A stretch of DNA of 64,000 nt from an uncultured archaeon (GTDB lineage Archaea > Thermoproteota > Bathyarchaeia > Bathyarchaeales > Bathycorpusculaceae). Shown piece by piece: positions 63,227 to 64,000 of this stretch. Position numbers and translations under genes: made by a program. Where the stretch lies: NCBI GenBank assembly GCA_963782915.1, contig CAWALK010000011.1, forward strand, positions 64,001 through 128,000. Direction: 5' to 3'. The notes below the pieces were generated by a model. The model saw only the letters and a program-made list of their open reading frames with translations, did no database searches and was not told the DNA's origin. Positions within the stretch are counted from its first letter, which is position 1; the number at the start of each line of letters is the position of its first letter.

Positions 63227-64000
63227 GTGAAGAAAAAGGAATCTATTGAAAAAGCCATCGTCGTAGTGCTAATTGCTAGTTTGATTGCAGGCATAGGGTT
63301 CAATGTTCGAGTCGCCGTGGCAGATACGGGTAATTCATCGGATTTCTGGTTAAATCTCGGGAGGGATGCTTGGAATTATTTTCAGCCGGGAGTCGGTGTA
63401 GACGCGGTCACGGGTTTGGCAAAAAATAATGCAGGTTCCAATGAGTTTACTGATTGGGATTTGGCACTCTACATTCAAGCTATCCTTGATGCTGAAAAAC
63501 TGGGCATTTTGGGCAATTCAGGCATTTGGGGCTCGAATGATAGGTTGGATAAGGTTTTGGCGTTTCTTGAGAATCGGCCGCTGATGTGGGATGGATTACC
63601 CTACCTGATGTACTATTCCACTACAGGCAAGAATTCCACTGATATTCAGCAGGTGGCAACGGATGCGGGGTGCTTGTTTGTTTCGCTTAAAAACGTTGAA
63701 GCTGCCAAGCCCGAGTTGAAGCAACGCATCGACAACATAGTGTATAACATAACGAATTATGAGCGGCGTAGGGTATCGGTCGATATTTTACTTGGGCAAC
63801 TGGAGAAGGGGACACGTGAACCTAATGTTTACGATTACTATGTTACATGCGGCTTTGCTGGTTTTTGGCCAGAGCGATTCGCCAAGGAAGCGGACGCCAT
63901 CTTGAACCTAACTGTTTCCGGGTCGAAGGTGAATTGTTATGGGGTTAATTTGCCGGCGGCTAAAATTACGTCTGAGCCATTACTTATGGGCATTTTTAAT
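63227..64000 (+). CDS. Second DUF3131-like protein, runs off the window
   Basis: Hand translation from GTG 63227: signal peptide, AWNYFQPGVGVDAVTGL…FTDWDLALYIQAILDA…DRLDKVLAFLENR. Confidence 0.8.
   Translation, partial: MKKKESIEKAIVVVLIASLIAGIGFNVRVAVADTGNSSDFWLNLGRDAWNYFQPGVGVDAVTGLAKNNAGSNEFTDWDLALYIQAILDAEKLGILGNSGIWGSNDRLDKVLAFLENRPLMWDGLPYLMYYSTTGKNSTDIQQVATDAGCLFVSLKNVEAAKPELKQRIDNIVYNITNYERRRVSVDILLGQLEKGTREPNVYDYYVTCGFAGFWPERFAKEADAILNLTVSGSKVNCYGVNLPAAKITSEPLLMGIFN

Overview
Archaeal chromosomal segment, most consistent with a Bathyarchaeia (Ca. Bathyarchaeota) genome. The evidence is archaeal ribosomal/translation genes, DGGGP synthase, paralogous membrane-anchored PQQ-like beta-propeller proteins and an expanded family of PAS histidine kinases. 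The sequence looks like an unpolished long-read assembly: many genes, including ftsY and rpl31e, are split by single indels, and a homopolymer artefact occupies ~50.07-50.9 kb. Layout: (i) 0.5-16.7 kb, an accessory signalling region around tRNA-Cys, including a 5.2-kb block bounded by a 16-bp duplicate of the tRNA 3' end; (ii) 17-31 kb, pilin, radical SAM, PadR pair, lipid operon, second beta-propeller gene with a tandem Lrp regulator; (iii) 31.5-44.1 kb, the conserved rnp4-yhbY-rps19e-PDCD5-rpl39e-rpl31e-eIF6-rpl18a-pfdA-ftsY cluster, interrupted twice, once by a KaiA-less kaiB-kaiB-kaiC-kaiB-kaiB-PAS kinase cassette; (iv) 44-64 kb, dTDP-rhamnose/UDP-sugar genes, flippase, a paired active/inactive Holliday-junction-resolvase-like nuclease, a GltD/NfnB-like flavoprotein and surface proteins. 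The most notable signals are the four-KaiB clock-like cassette, a dispersed non-coding motif in three copies, repeated G+T to C+A strand-skew switch points, and Shine-Dalgarno-supported non-canonical starts. All family calls come from motif recognition by eye; no searches were run.
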